A stretch of 64,000 bases of DNA from Phycisphaerae bacterium (GTDB taxonomy: Bacteria; Planctomycetota; Phycisphaerae; UBA1845; Fen-1342): the NCBI GenBank assembly GCA_963675745.2, contig CAXXWX010000028.1:64001-128000 (forward strand), written 5' to 3'. Under the pieces are notes generated by a model. It made no database searches, had not been told where the DNA came from, and saw only the letters and a list, made by a program, of their open reading frames with translations. A program made the position numbers and the translations under genes. This document shows, piece after piece, positions 19,301 to 28,037 of the stretch. The first letter of the stretch is position 1, and the number at the start of each line of letters is the position of its first letter.

Positions 19301-19793
19301 GCTGCGCGAAGCCGGTGGCGACACAGGGACCACGCGCATTGCGGGCGTGTTCCTCGCTCCATTGCGGCCGCAGACTGACACACTCAAAAGTGGTTACGTC
19401 GCCGAAGCCGACGACGAAACGCAGCGTATGTACCTCTACCGCCCACGCGGCCTGTTTACTCGCGCGGCGGCGCACATGCTGGACAACGGGCTCGGCCAGC
19501 AGATTTCCCCGGTGGCCCACATGAAACTCAAGAAGGACGGCGACTTCTCGGCGTCGTACAGGGATGTGATCGCTGACGACGCGCTCGACGCAAGGCTCGA
19601 ACTGGCACGCGCGACGCTCTGCACAGCCGCCGATGCAGTCGCGCGCGGCGTCGTTGACATCGCCCCGCTCGTTGAGAATGACACGCTCGCCTGCCGCGAC
19701 TGTTCCTACAACACGCTGTGTCGCTTTGACCGCGCGTTCAATCGGCCACGACCGGCTGAAACAGCCTTGCCGATGCTCGAGGACCAAAGCTGA
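16371..19793 (+). CDS. addB: ATP-dependent helicase/nuclease subunit B
   Basis: VLGRAGSGKT, LVPEQASF, VDGFAGFT, RGRIDRVD...DYK nuclease motif; Fe-S staple cysteines (QCPF; CRDCSYNTLC). Confidence 0.93.
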   Translation: MAVRFVLGRAGSGKTHHCVEAVLAALARRDDGRLILLVPEQASFQMERTLALRCPGGGYCRAEVLSFSRLVHRVWDELGVEPPLLSRGARALALRAVATRHAGSLRLFRTAADSSGFFAELDRLIEELLLDNVMPEDLAATSEALPDKRLRRKTAEIARLYRAYLDWLGPHRVDPALRLRVLRERLERSDWLRNTEVWVDGFAGFTGQERLTLVTLGRLAREVSITLLLDPERDVSEERPDPLTLFGRTVVTYQRLRAELSGAGVALRAPLLLTPRVPARFTHAPELAHLESRLAGEMTGGAQRETADTGAVRVLACATHRAEVRQAARFIRQKLSTSTSDLRFRDFAVIARDLEPFADTIAAVFGEYEIPYFLDRRRPLRGHALSRLVHGLLDAVNSDCSVAAMTLLLRTGLLPMLHDEADKLEELLVYQQMHGLATWQRPAWDFLSDEATLSRSSQSRQRRRRESESIRAGRLRIAAALDPLMRLARGARPASGRVWAAQLYEALVALGLPRRIEGWISAARAAGEWETAETHRAAWEALCDSLTELHDVLDESPLSTSDLVDILSSALGELTLGLAPPTLDQVLVSSIDRSRHPDIKHAWILAFNEGVFPSRPTEDTLLTTADRESLSAAGLAAPLPHRDDVFGERLLAYIACTRPSQSLTISYATTDNAGEPLPPSPLLEHLRRALPHLRPEREQVNAPPTTIRELVRDYHDCRASNDTSPAMARYMALRGELERDPTHAPLLQRLTRGERYANSPELIGNYRRRAEDAPDVLWTTSPSELETYIQCPFKHFVQYGLRVAEQRGPQPLSWDLGSLAHDLLAEVTRRALATGQVGDLSDGRWQELLDATLATQVGSRPPDLDSLQPRRGFLGGFQGEFTREVLQAHVSRWRRGEFEPYLCEQLIDDTDGALPVLRVPLADGGVVRVRGRIDRVDRRIDAQGTWLLLYDYKTKPHALTARFLTGDRLQLLLYALALREAGGDTGTTRIAGVFLAPLRPQTDTLKSGYVAEADDETQRMYLYRPRGLFTRAAAHMLDNGLGQQISPVAHMKLKKDGDFSASYRDVIADDALDARLELARATLCTAADAVARGVVDIAPLVENDTLACRDCSYNTLCRFDRAFNRPRPAETALPMLEDQS

Positions 19794-22700
19794 TGCGCTT
19801 GACAGAGAGTCAACGTGCCGCCATCGAGCATCGCGGGGCCAGTCTGCTGGTGGCCGCGTCGGCCGGCTCCGGCAAGACCGAAGTGTTGGCGCGGCGGTGC
19901 GTTGATCTGATCGCCGACCCACGCCGGCCCTGCCCGGTCGAACGTCTGCTGGTAGTGACGTTTACACGGGCGGCGGCGGCGGAGTTGCGCGTGCGCGTGG
20001 CGCGCATGCTGCGCGAAGCCGCGGACGACCCGCACCATCGGCCGGTGCGCGAGCATCTCCGCCGCCAGGAGATGCTGGTCGATGCGGCGGACATCGGCAC
20101 CATCGACAGTTGGTGCGGGCGCTTGTTGCGCGAGCACTTCGCCGAGGCCGGCGTCGATCCGGCATTTGCCGTGCTTGATGAACAAGAAGCGGCCATGCTG
20201 CGCGCCGAGACGCTTGACGCACTGTTCGACTGGATCTATCGCGAAGACGGTGATGAACTCGCCGCGCGTGGGCGCGCATGGATTCGCCGACACGAGCGGC
20301 CGTCCGACGAATTCCTGCGCCGTCTGGTCCGCGCGCTCAACCACGCCCGCGAACACCTGGTACTGCCCGAGCAGTGGCTGGCCCGTCAGTTGACCGCCTG
20401 CGAACGCGACGCGAGCGAAGTCGCCGCTGCTGATCTACGGTTGGCAACCGGCGCGCTGCGAACCGAGTGCATGTTTCAGGAACGGCAGATCGCCGCGCTG
20501 ACGGCCGGCCAGCCGGAGCTTGGCGCTGCTCTCGCAGACTACGCCACCGCGCTGGCGCGCTGGGCTGATCGCCTCACCAGTCCGGATACGACGCTTGAAG
20601 TCGCGGAGGAGATCGACGCATTCAAACTGGCCACACGCTCAACTCTCCCGGATAGCGCCGCGGCCCGGTTCAAGCAGGTGCGTGAGCGCTGGCTGAAACG
20701 CCGCTTGCAAGGCCGCTGGGGTGGTAAGGAGCTTGAGCCGCGTATCACGCACGCCGGCCGCACGGCGGCGCTGCTGCAAACGCTGCTGGGCCTGGAACAG
20801 CGCTACGAGACAATGCTCGCCGCCGCAAAGCGCGAGCGGGCCGCGTACGAGTTTGGCGACGTGCTGCGCCTTGCACTGCGCTTGCTCGGGACACCCCGCG
20901 ATGAGGGTACACTGGCGCCGACGGTAATCGCGCGTGAGCTGCGGCAGCGCTACGAACACGTGCTGGTGGATGAATACCAGGACACCAGCCCGGTGCAGGT
21001 CGAACTGCTCAGGCTTGTGACGCGCACCAAGCGTGGGGCGGCCAACCGCTTTATGGTCGGCGATGTGAAGCAGAGCATCTACGGCTTTCGCCATGCCGAT
21101 CCGCGCCTTTTCGCGGCCCAGGCCGCCGCGTTTGAGAATGGAACGGAAGATGGGCGGGTCATATACCTTTCCGACAATTTCCGCAGTCACCCTGATCTGC
21201 TCGGCGGGCTGAATCGGATATTCGCCGCCGTGTTCGACGCGCACCTGGGCGGTACACCTTTCAGCGAGCGTGAACAGCTCTCGGCCGGCCGTGAGGAGAT
21301 CGCGAATCCCACGCTCGACGGCACGCCGCGCATCCGGCTCTGTCTTCTGGAAAGCGAACGCGGGCGCAGCGCGTCAGCAGACACTGACGACGGCGGCGAG
21401 GTAACGCTCGAACGCATCGAGCGCGAAGCCGTCGTCACAGCCGCCGCCATCCGACAGATGTTGGCCGATGGCGTCGAGATACCCGACCGTGACGATAACG
21501 ACCAACTCTGCCTGCGACCGTTGCGCCTGTCCGACATCCTGATCCTGCTGCGGTCCGCCAAATCAAACGCCGCACTCGTCGCAAGCATGGTACGCGCCCA
21601 CGGCCTGCCCTGCGTGACCGGCGGCAAGGAGACGTTGCTCGATGCGCTGGAAGTGCAGGACGTGATAAACGTTTTGCGTCTGCTGGCCAGCCGCCGGCAG
21701 GAGATCCCGCTGGCGGCGTATCTGCGGAGCCCGTTGGCGGGCTTGACCGCTGCGGAGCTGTTGGCTATCCGCCAGTTAGCGCCCCACGACCACTTCTGGG
21801 ACGCCGTCAAGCAGTATCGTGCGAGCGGCTTGGATGCAGCCCTGGTTGCCAAGCTCGAACAGGCGCTGGGCCGGTTGGAGAACTGGTCGATCGCCGCCCG
21901 GGACAGTGATCTACCCACTCTGTTGCGGCGGATTGCCGGCGACTGCGACCTGGAGCACTTCGCCGCCGGGCTGCCTGGTGGTCGCCAACGGGCCGGCGTG
22001 CTGACGGCGTTGGTCGATTACGCGGTCGAGTTCGCGCACAAGGGGCAGCGCGGCGTGGCTGAGTTTGTCGAACACCTTGACCAGGTTGACGAGCAGGAGC
22101 TTGACTTACAGGCGCTGGTCCCCGCGGGTGATGACGCCGTTCGGGTGATGACGATTCACTCGGCCAAGGGGTTGGAGTTCCCGGTGGTTTTTGTCCTGAA
22201 CGCCGGCGCACCTTTTAATCGCCAATCGTTGGCGAATGCCCTGCAATTTGACGAGCAAGCAGGTCTGGGGCTGCGCTTCCTTGACTATCCATCACGGACC
22301 GAACTAACAAACACCGCCCATCTGTGCTGCCGGCACGCGCGCCAGGCACGCGACATCGAAGAGGAGCTGCGCCTGCTGTATGTCGCGACAACCCGCGCCC
22401 GCGAACGTCTGTTCATCATCGGGCACACGCAACGCGGCGCCTGGGACGAGGCGCTGGAGCTGTATCGCGACCAGCCGCCACTGATCACGCGCTTGTCCGC
22501 CGGCGGCATGCTGGAGTGGGTGTTGATGGGCGTTGCCGCCGGCCGGTTGACCGACGGCGAACAACCGTTGGCGCAGGTTGATATTCATGACTCAGCGGCG
22601 ATCACGGAAGAAGCGCGCGGCGGCGAGGGCCCGGAGCAATCCCCACCACCGCTGATGGACGCCGACCATGGCTGGATGACGGAGGCGCGCCGCCTGCTCG

Positions 22701-23407
22701 ATTCCCGGATTGACAGCGCGCTGTCGGGTTATCCGGCGGTGCTCTCGGTCAGCGCGCTCAAAGAGCTTGCAACGCGCGACAGTGCGGCTGATTGCCCGCA
22801 CATGCCGCGCGCGCGGGAATCACAGCTCGCAGCACCGGTGTTCGCCAGAGAAGCGGCCAGCGTGGACGGACGGGTATACGGGACGGCCTGCCACCGATTC
22901 CTGCAACACGCCGACCTCACAAAGCTCGCCGGTGAGATGGAGGTACAGGCGCAAATCGCATCGCTGGTGGCGGCCGGCCGGTTGGAGCATGACCAAGCGG
23001 CGTTGCTGTCGGTTGCCGATCTTGTGTGGTTTGGCCAATCCGCCGAGGGGGACCTGCTGGCCAAGCACGCCGACCGGTGTCTGCGCGAACTGCCGCTGGT
23101 GTACTCGTTGCCCACGGGTATCGGTGACGAGCGTTCGATCATTCGCGGCGTGGTTGACTGCCTGCTGGCGACTGATGCCGGGTACGTGTTGTATGACTAC
23201 AAGAGCGATGACGTCGCCGATCAGGCCACCATGCGCCGGCGCGTCGAAGGCTACAGCGTGCAGATGCAGCTCTATGCCGCCGCCGTTCGAGACATTCTGG
23301 GTCAGCCGGTCAAACGTGCGGCGCTGATCTTCCTGACGGCCCACACGGTTGTCGAAATCGGCCTGGAATCGCCGACACTGGGGCGGTTGCTGGAATCGCT
23401 GGGGTAG
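19793..23407 (+). CDS. addA: ATP-dependent helicase/nuclease subunit A
   Basis: AASAGSGKT, VTFTRAAA, VDEYQDT, VGDVKQSIYGFR, TIHSAKGLEF, YVATTRA, RGVVD...DYKS; overlaps the addB stop. Confidence 0.94.
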   Translation: MRLTESQRAAIEHRGASLLVAASAGSGKTEVLARRCVDLIADPRRPCPVERLLVVTFTRAAAAELRVRVARMLREAADDPHHRPVREHLRRQEMLVDAADIGTIDSWCGRLLREHFAEAGVDPAFAVLDEQEAAMLRAETLDALFDWIYREDGDELAARGRAWIRRHERPSDEFLRRLVRALNHAREHLVLPEQWLARQLTACERDASEVAAADLRLATGALRTECMFQERQIAALTAGQPELGAALADYATALARWADRLTSPDTTLEVAEEIDAFKLATRSTLPDSAAARFKQVRERWLKRRLQGRWGGKELEPRITHAGRTAALLQTLLGLEQRYETMLAAAKRERAAYEFGDVLRLALRLLGTPRDEGTLAPTVIARELRQRYEHVLVDEYQDTSPVQVELLRLVTRTKRGAANRFMVGDVKQSIYGFRHADPRLFAAQAAAFENGTEDGRVIYLSDNFRSHPDLLGGLNRIFAAVFDAHLGGTPFSEREQLSAGREEIANPTLDGTPRIRLCLLESERGRSASADTDDGGEVTLERIEREAVVTAAAIRQMLADGVEIPDRDDNDQLCLRPLRLSDILILLRSAKSNAALVASMVRAHGLPCVTGGKETLLDALEVQDVINVLRLLASRRQEIPLAAYLRSPLAGLTAAELLAIRQLAPHDHFWDAVKQYRASGLDAALVAKLEQALGRLENWSIAARDSDLPTLLRRIAGDCDLEHFAAGLPGGRQRAGVLTALVDYAVEFAHKGQRGVAEFVEHLDQVDEQELDLQALVPAGDDAVRVMTIHSAKGLEFPVVFVLNAGAPFNRQSLANALQFDEQAGLGLRFLDYPSRTELTNTAHLCCRHARQARDIEEELRLLYVATTRARERLFIIGHTQRGAWDEALELYRDQPPLITRLSAGGMLEWVLMGVAAGRLTDGEQPLAQVDIHDSAAITEEARGGEGPEQSPPPLMDADHGWMTEARRLLDSRIDSALSGYPAVLSVSALKELATRDSAADCPHMPRARESQLAAPVFAREAASVDGRVYGTACHRFLQHADLTKLAGEMEVQAQIASLVAAGRLEHDQAALLSVADLVWFGQSAEGDLLAKHADRCLRELPLVYSLPTGIGDERSIIRGVVDCLLATDAGYVLYDYKSDDVADQATMRRRVEGYSVQMQLYAAAVRDILGQPVKRAALIFLTAHTVVEIGLESPTLGRLLESLG

Positions 23408-23472
23408 GTGCCTTGGCGGCCGCACGTGGACACACTAGCATGGAACCACATTTGCAATCGCGGGAGCCTTAG

Positions 23473-24474
23473 ATGTTGACCAAGGCAACAGTCGTCGGCA
23501 CGGGGGCGATGGGTACTATCGTGGCCCATTTGCTGGCCACGAACGGCATTCACGTGGCGCTGCTGGCGCGTGACCACGAACGGGCACAGACGCTGTTGTT
23601 CGAGCGTGAAAACAAGCGCTACCTCCCCGGCCTAGGCCTCTCGCAGCGCATCACGCCCACCGATAATGCGGCGGCTGCGCTGGCAAACACGGAACTGATC
23701 GTATCCGCCGTGCCGGGTCAACACGTACGCGCGGTATGGCAGGGTATTGGCGGACACGTCGATGCCGGCGTGCCGATATGCAGTGTGACAAAAGGGCTCG
23801 AGATAGACACGCTCGCGCGGCCCAGCGAGATCATCCTCACGTGCGTGCCCAAGTCCCCAATCGTGGTTCTCTCGGGACCGAGCATCGCCCCCGAACTGGC
23901 GCGCTGCCTGCCGGCGACAGTCGTGGCCGCATGTACCGACGACGCGGTCGCCGAGCTCACCCAAAGCGTGATGAGCACCTCGTGGTTTCGCATCTACACG
24001 AACAACGACACGCGCGGCGTCGAGTTGGCCGGGGCGCTCAAGAACGTGATCGCACTGGCCGCGGGGATACTCGACGGACTGCGTGCCGGTGACAATGCCA
24101 AGGCCGCACTGCTGACGCGCGGCCTGGTTGAAATAACGCGGCTGGGCACGGCGCTCGGCGCGCGCGCCGAGACGTTCGGCGGGCTCGCCGGCATTGGCGA
24201 CCTGGTAACGACCTGCATCTCGCCGGTGGGTCGCAATCGTTCCGCCGGTGAGCGCATTGGTCGGGGTGTCGCTCCGGACGACGTGGTGCGCCAGAGCCAA
24301 TCGGTGATTGAGGGTGTGCCGACGACGCGCGCGGTGATAAGGCTCGCGGAGCGGGCCGGCGTCGAGATGCCGATCACTCGCGCGGTTTTTGAGGTGCTGT
24401 TTGAAGAAAAATCACCGATCACGGCCATCAGTGAACTGATGAGCCGCCCCCAAAAGGCGGAGCAGAACCGCTGA
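23473..24474 (+). CDS. gpsA: NAD(P)H-dependent glycerol-3-phosphate dehydrogenase
   Basis: GTGAMG, TKGLE, LSGPSIA, GALKNVIA, GIGDLVTTC, RN, EGV. Confidence 0.96.
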   Translation: MLTKATVVGTGAMGTIVAHLLATNGIHVALLARDHERAQTLLFERENKRYLPGLGLSQRITPTDNAAAALANTELIVSAVPGQHVRAVWQGIGGHVDAGVPICSVTKGLEIDTLARPSEIILTCVPKSPIVVLSGPSIAPELARCLPATVVAACTDDAVAELTQSVMSTSWFRIYTNNDTRGVELAGALKNVIALAAGILDGLRAGDNAKAALLTRGLVEITRLGTALGARAETFGGLAGIGDLVTTCISPVGRNRSAGERIGRGVAPDDVVRQSQSVIEGVPTTRAVIRLAERAGVEMPITRAVFEVLFEEKSPITAISELMSRPQKAEQNR

Positions 24475-24534
24475 CGCCGGTTCCAACTCGGCGTTTCGCC
24501 CGCGTCTCGCTTCGGCTTTCGACACGCCGCCGAC

Positions 24535-26289
24535 CTACAGGCCGCCGTCAAACACCGCCTGGAAATTAACGAAATCAGGCATGGAGATGTCGTCGTTTTC
24601 GTCGGCGTCACCATTCAGACATACATGGCCTTCGACGAATGTGTCGTCCGGCCCTTGCATGCAGAAGATGAAATAACCGAAGTCCGTGCCGTCGATGTCG
24701 CCGTCCACGTCGAAGTCGCCGGGGCCGGCCCACACATCACAGAGCACGATATCCAACTGGGCGAGTTCGCCCGGCCACACCGTGATGCCCGGATACGTCT
24801 TCTGCGAGCAAGCCGTCGATTCAGCCGTCACCGTATAGCTGGTCCCACCCGAGGCAGCCGGTATCAGCGTGACGACATAGATCCCGTTTCCGTCTGTCTG
24901 CACCGTCGCCAGACCGCCAACCTGGACGTCCGCACCATCAACGGGCAGCCCGGTGTTATCGTCGATCACCTGGCCCCACAGCGTGCCCTCGGTGGCCGTC
25001 GCCGGGTCACGCCACGGCATCACCGGCACGGTCGTGGCCGTCGTGAAGATGAACGTGGAAACGTACGTGTACCAGGTCCAGTCTGTTTCCGGCGTGCCGT
25101 TAATGTTCTCGTCGGCGGTCGCGTCATACGAGTAGTTGCAGGTGCCGTCCGCCCCGGCTGAGTAGCAGTATTGCAGTTGCGTCACACTGTCGATCTTGCG
25201 GTTCAGGTAGTTGCCCTGCCCGCAGATTACGTGTCGACTGTAGCTCCAGCCGATCGCCGCATCCACCCATTGGCGATACCAGGCGGCCTCGGTGGTATCA
25301 AACTCGCGCTTGTAGTTCATGGGGACGGCGATATCGAGCCAGCCGCGTTCCATCCACAAGCGCCAATTCTGGTGCAGGCGATAGGCGTCGGAGTTGCTGA
25401 AGTTGGCGGGGGCGCCGCCCCAGCAAATCAGGTCGGCCGTCAGGGCCAGTGGCTGGCTGGGATTGCTGGTAATCGATGGAATCTCCGCACGCAGACGCCG
25501 TACGAACTCATCGATGGTCTGCCGCCGGAAATTGTTCCAGGACGTCACTCCGGTGGGCGCCGGTGTGCCGACGTAGCCGGTCAGATCCTGAAAACGCGCC
25601 AGCGATGATTTGGCATAGCCGGCGTCGGCGGGATAGCCGGCGTCTTCCTGCGTATAGCGGATATAGTCGAGATTGATGCCATCGATCGCGTAGTTCTGCA
25701 CGAGTTCGCGCACGATGCTGACGAGGTATTCCTGCACGTCGGGCGAACCGGGATCGAGGGTGTACTTGCCGCCGATCGTCGCCGGCCCACCATCCATATC
25801 CGCCTGCTCGACCATCAACCACTCGGGATGGGCCGTGAGCTGGGTATTGTTGTTGGGTGGCCAGGATGTGCTGGCGCGGTAGGGGACGATCCAGGCCTGC
25901 ACCTCGATGCCGTTTGCGTGCGCCTGCGTGACAAGCACCGCCAGCGGGTCGATTCCGCCGGAAATATCGGTCGCCTTGGGCACGATACTCGAATTCCAGT
26001 AGGCCCCGTGGCCGCTGCTGCCGTTGTCGTGATAGGCCAACACCTCGGCGATGATCACGTTGTAATTGCCAGCCAGAGCGCGTGAAATCAGGGAGTTGAT
26101 CTGTGTGGTGCTTTTGAAGCCCTGGCTGAATGCGTCGGCCCAGAATGCACGATATTCGGGAGTTCGGTCGGGGAGGTATGCCCCGTCGTTCCAGGTGAGA
26201 TCATCGCTGCCAGCCCAGACCGCACCGACCAGCCCAGTTGTTATCAAGACCAAAATCCCGCAGCGAGCGCGCATAGTCTGTGCCAACAT
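24535..26289 (-). CDS. Secreted GHL10/DUF187 (YddW/DigH-like) glycoside hydrolase with carboxypeptidase-regulatory-like and C-terminal dockerin-like domains
   Basis: EYRAFW, DPLAVLVTQAHANGIEVQAW, LDPGSPDVQEY, DGINLDYIRY, QNWRLWMERGWLD..PMNY; paired GDFDVDGDIDGTDF / GDADENDDISMPDF loops. Confidence 0.87.
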   Translation of the reverse strand: MLAQTMRARCGILVLITTGLVGAVWAGSDDLTWNDGAYLPDRTPEYRAFWADAFSQGFKSTTQINSLISRALAGNYNVIIAEVLAYHDNGSSGHGAYWNSSIVPKATDISGGIDPLAVLVTQAHANGIEVQAWIVPYRASTSWPPNNNTQLTAHPEWLMVEQADMDGGPATIGGKYTLDPGSPDVQEYLVSIVRELVQNYAIDGINLDYIRYTQEDAGYPADAGYAKSSLARFQDLTGYVGTPAPTGVTSWNNFRRQTIDEFVRRLRAEIPSITSNPSQPLALTADLICWGGAPANFSNSDAYRLHQNWRLWMERGWLDIAVPMNYKREFDTTEAAWYRQWVDAAIGWSYSRHVICGQGNYLNRKIDSVTQLQYCYSAGADGTCNYSYDATADENINGTPETDWTWYTYVSTFIFTTATTVPVMPWRDPATATEGTLWGQVIDDNTGLPVDGADVQVGGLATVQTDGNGIYVVTLIPAASGGTSYTVTAESTACSQKTYPGITVWPGELAQLDIVLCDVWAGPGDFDVDGDIDGTDFGYFIFCMQGPDDTFVEGHVCLNGDADENDDISMPDFVNFQAVFDGGL

Positions 26290-26452
26290 ATTCCCTTCCA
26301 AATCTGGGCCCAAAACGGCCCAACGGGTCCGGTCGCCGACCGCACGGGGTCGGCGAGAATGAACCCCCATTGTAGTCATTTACGACGTCAGGCGGGAGAA
26401 AAAACGCCGTTCAAGCCGGATTGGAGGGGGTATTCCCGGTGTCGGCGTCGCC

Positions 26453-26532
26453 GTTACGATCGGCGCCTCGCAGGCCGTCGGTCAGAAGCGATGCTTCCGA
26501 TATGCGACGGCCGACGAGGCGCCGGCTGTGAC
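26453..26532. repeat. Degenerate inverted REP pair
   Basis: ...GGCGCCTCGCAGGCCGTC and GACGGCCGACGAGGCGCCGGCTG; the spacer shares GTCAGAAGCG with the pair at 34990-35069. Confidence 0.6.
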
Positions 26533-26584
26533 GGTTCGCGCCGAACCACGGTGCGAAACACGATGTACCCTTGGTAGAGCGGCG

Positions 26585-27691
26585 CTAAGGCCGGCTGCGC
26601 TCCAGGCGCTTGAGCGCCTCTTCGTACTGGGGCATCTGCTCGGCGTCGAGCAGCTTGGTGACCTTGGCCTGGAACTTGGTCGCCAGGGCGGCCTGGGCCT
26701 CGGTATCACGGCGTTGTATGACGCGTAACTCGACTTGGGCCTCGCGTTCGAGTTCGCGAACCTGCCCTTTCTGCGCCTCGGTCAGACGCACGCGCCGGGC
26801 GGCGCGCAGAACCGTTCGCACGTCACGCGGGCCGGTCCGCTCCTTACTCTCGGCGGCGGTCGCCTGCCCATAGCCGGTCTCCTGGCGAAAATCAGCCAGC
26901 GCCGCGCGCTGGTCCTCGCGCAAGATGCCGCCAACCTGATCCAGGAAGCCAGAGAGCGCGGCGTCCATATCGGGGCGATTGGCCTGCAACTCGGCTTCAA
27001 GCTCGGCGGCGCGTTGCATATCGCCGGCCTCGCGCGCCTCGCGAATCGCCTCGAAGGTCGGGCGCATGTCCTGCCAGTTGTCGCGCATGCCCTGGCGCAT
27101 GCTATTGACCATCTCGTCGTACTGGGCACGTTGATCATCGTCGAGATTGAGCGCATCGGGCAGTTCGCGAACCATGCGGCGGCGCTGCTGGAACGACTCA
27201 CGTTCGACTTGGCGCTGTGCCATGCGCTCGCGCATGTTGTCGAGCGTGGCCAACTGGTCCTCATTGAGGACCGGTTCCAGCTCGTCGAGTGTCTTCTCCA
27301 TGGCCTCCCAGGGCCCGTTCCATTCGGGCATCTCCGATCGCAATTGGGCGGCCAGCTCCGTGTTTCCGTCGCGTTCGGCCTGGCGGATTTCTCCCCAGCG
27401 CTGACCCATCTCGCGCATGGCCTCGCGTTGCGGGGCGGTTATGCGGTCAAACTCCGCGCGTTGGGTCTCATCGAGTGCAAGCTGATCGGCGATACGATCC
27501 AGCATGCGGCCGGGCCGCATCCCGCCGCGCCGACCACCGGGGCCACCACGACCCTCGGGGCCACCACGGCCCTCGGGGCCACCTGGGCCACGGCGTTCGC
27601 CATCGGGTGGCCCACCGGGGGCAAAGGGTTGTGCGGATGCAAGAACGCTGGTGAATCCGAATGCGATGATGACGGCAAGGATGGATCTCAT
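26585..27691 (-). CDS. Secreted Spy/CpxP-like helical repeat protein
   Basis: Signal peptide (LASA-Q), Gly/Pro/Arg-rich N-terminus, recurrent LxxxQ motifs (LDETQR, LNEDQL, LDDDQR, LREDQR, LTEAQK, LDAEQM). Confidence 0.7.
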   Translation of the reverse strand: MRSILAVIIAFGFTSVLASAQPFAPGGPPDGERRGPGGPEGRGGPEGRGGPGGRRGGMRPGRMLDRIADQLALDETQRAEFDRITAPQREAMREMGQRWGEIRQAERDGNTELAAQLRSEMPEWNGPWEAMEKTLDELEPVLNEDQLATLDNMRERMAQRQVERESFQQRRRMVRELPDALNLDDDQRAQYDEMVNSMRQGMRDNWQDMRPTFEAIREAREAGDMQRAAELEAELQANRPDMDAALSGFLDQVGGILREDQRAALADFRQETGYGQATAAESKERTGPRDVRTVLRAARRVRLTEAQKGQVRELEREAQVELRVIQRRDTEAQAALATKFQAKVTKLLDAEQMPQYEEALKRLERSRP

Positions 27692-28037
27692 GTCACGCGC
27701 TCCGTTAGGTTGCGAGTCGAGTCACCGAGTGCGCAGCCAGACAGGCAGCGCGAGAATACTGCGGCATTATAGCCTAACGGCCGCCCAGGCGTTTTATTCC
27801 AGCCCGGACAGACGAATTGGCATAGTCGGGCAGTTAAGAGGCGGCGAACGGCTCGTCGCTTCGCGTCGCACCAGCGCCGGGCATCGTCGAAGTCCCTCCG
27901 TATTTGTCAGAAAGCGTATACCGCGCTGGCAACGCGGCGCGCCCGTGGCCTATACTCGCCGCTTGGTCGCCGGCCCGGCCCGGTGACCTACTCACCCAAC
28001 TCGGAACAGCAAACTGCGAACCAGGAGGACGTATCGC

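Noticed and set aside
16371..23407. Helicase-nuclease pair as a defence system or Cas4-like module
   Set aside because: Motifs and gene order match the housekeeping AddAB recombination complex.
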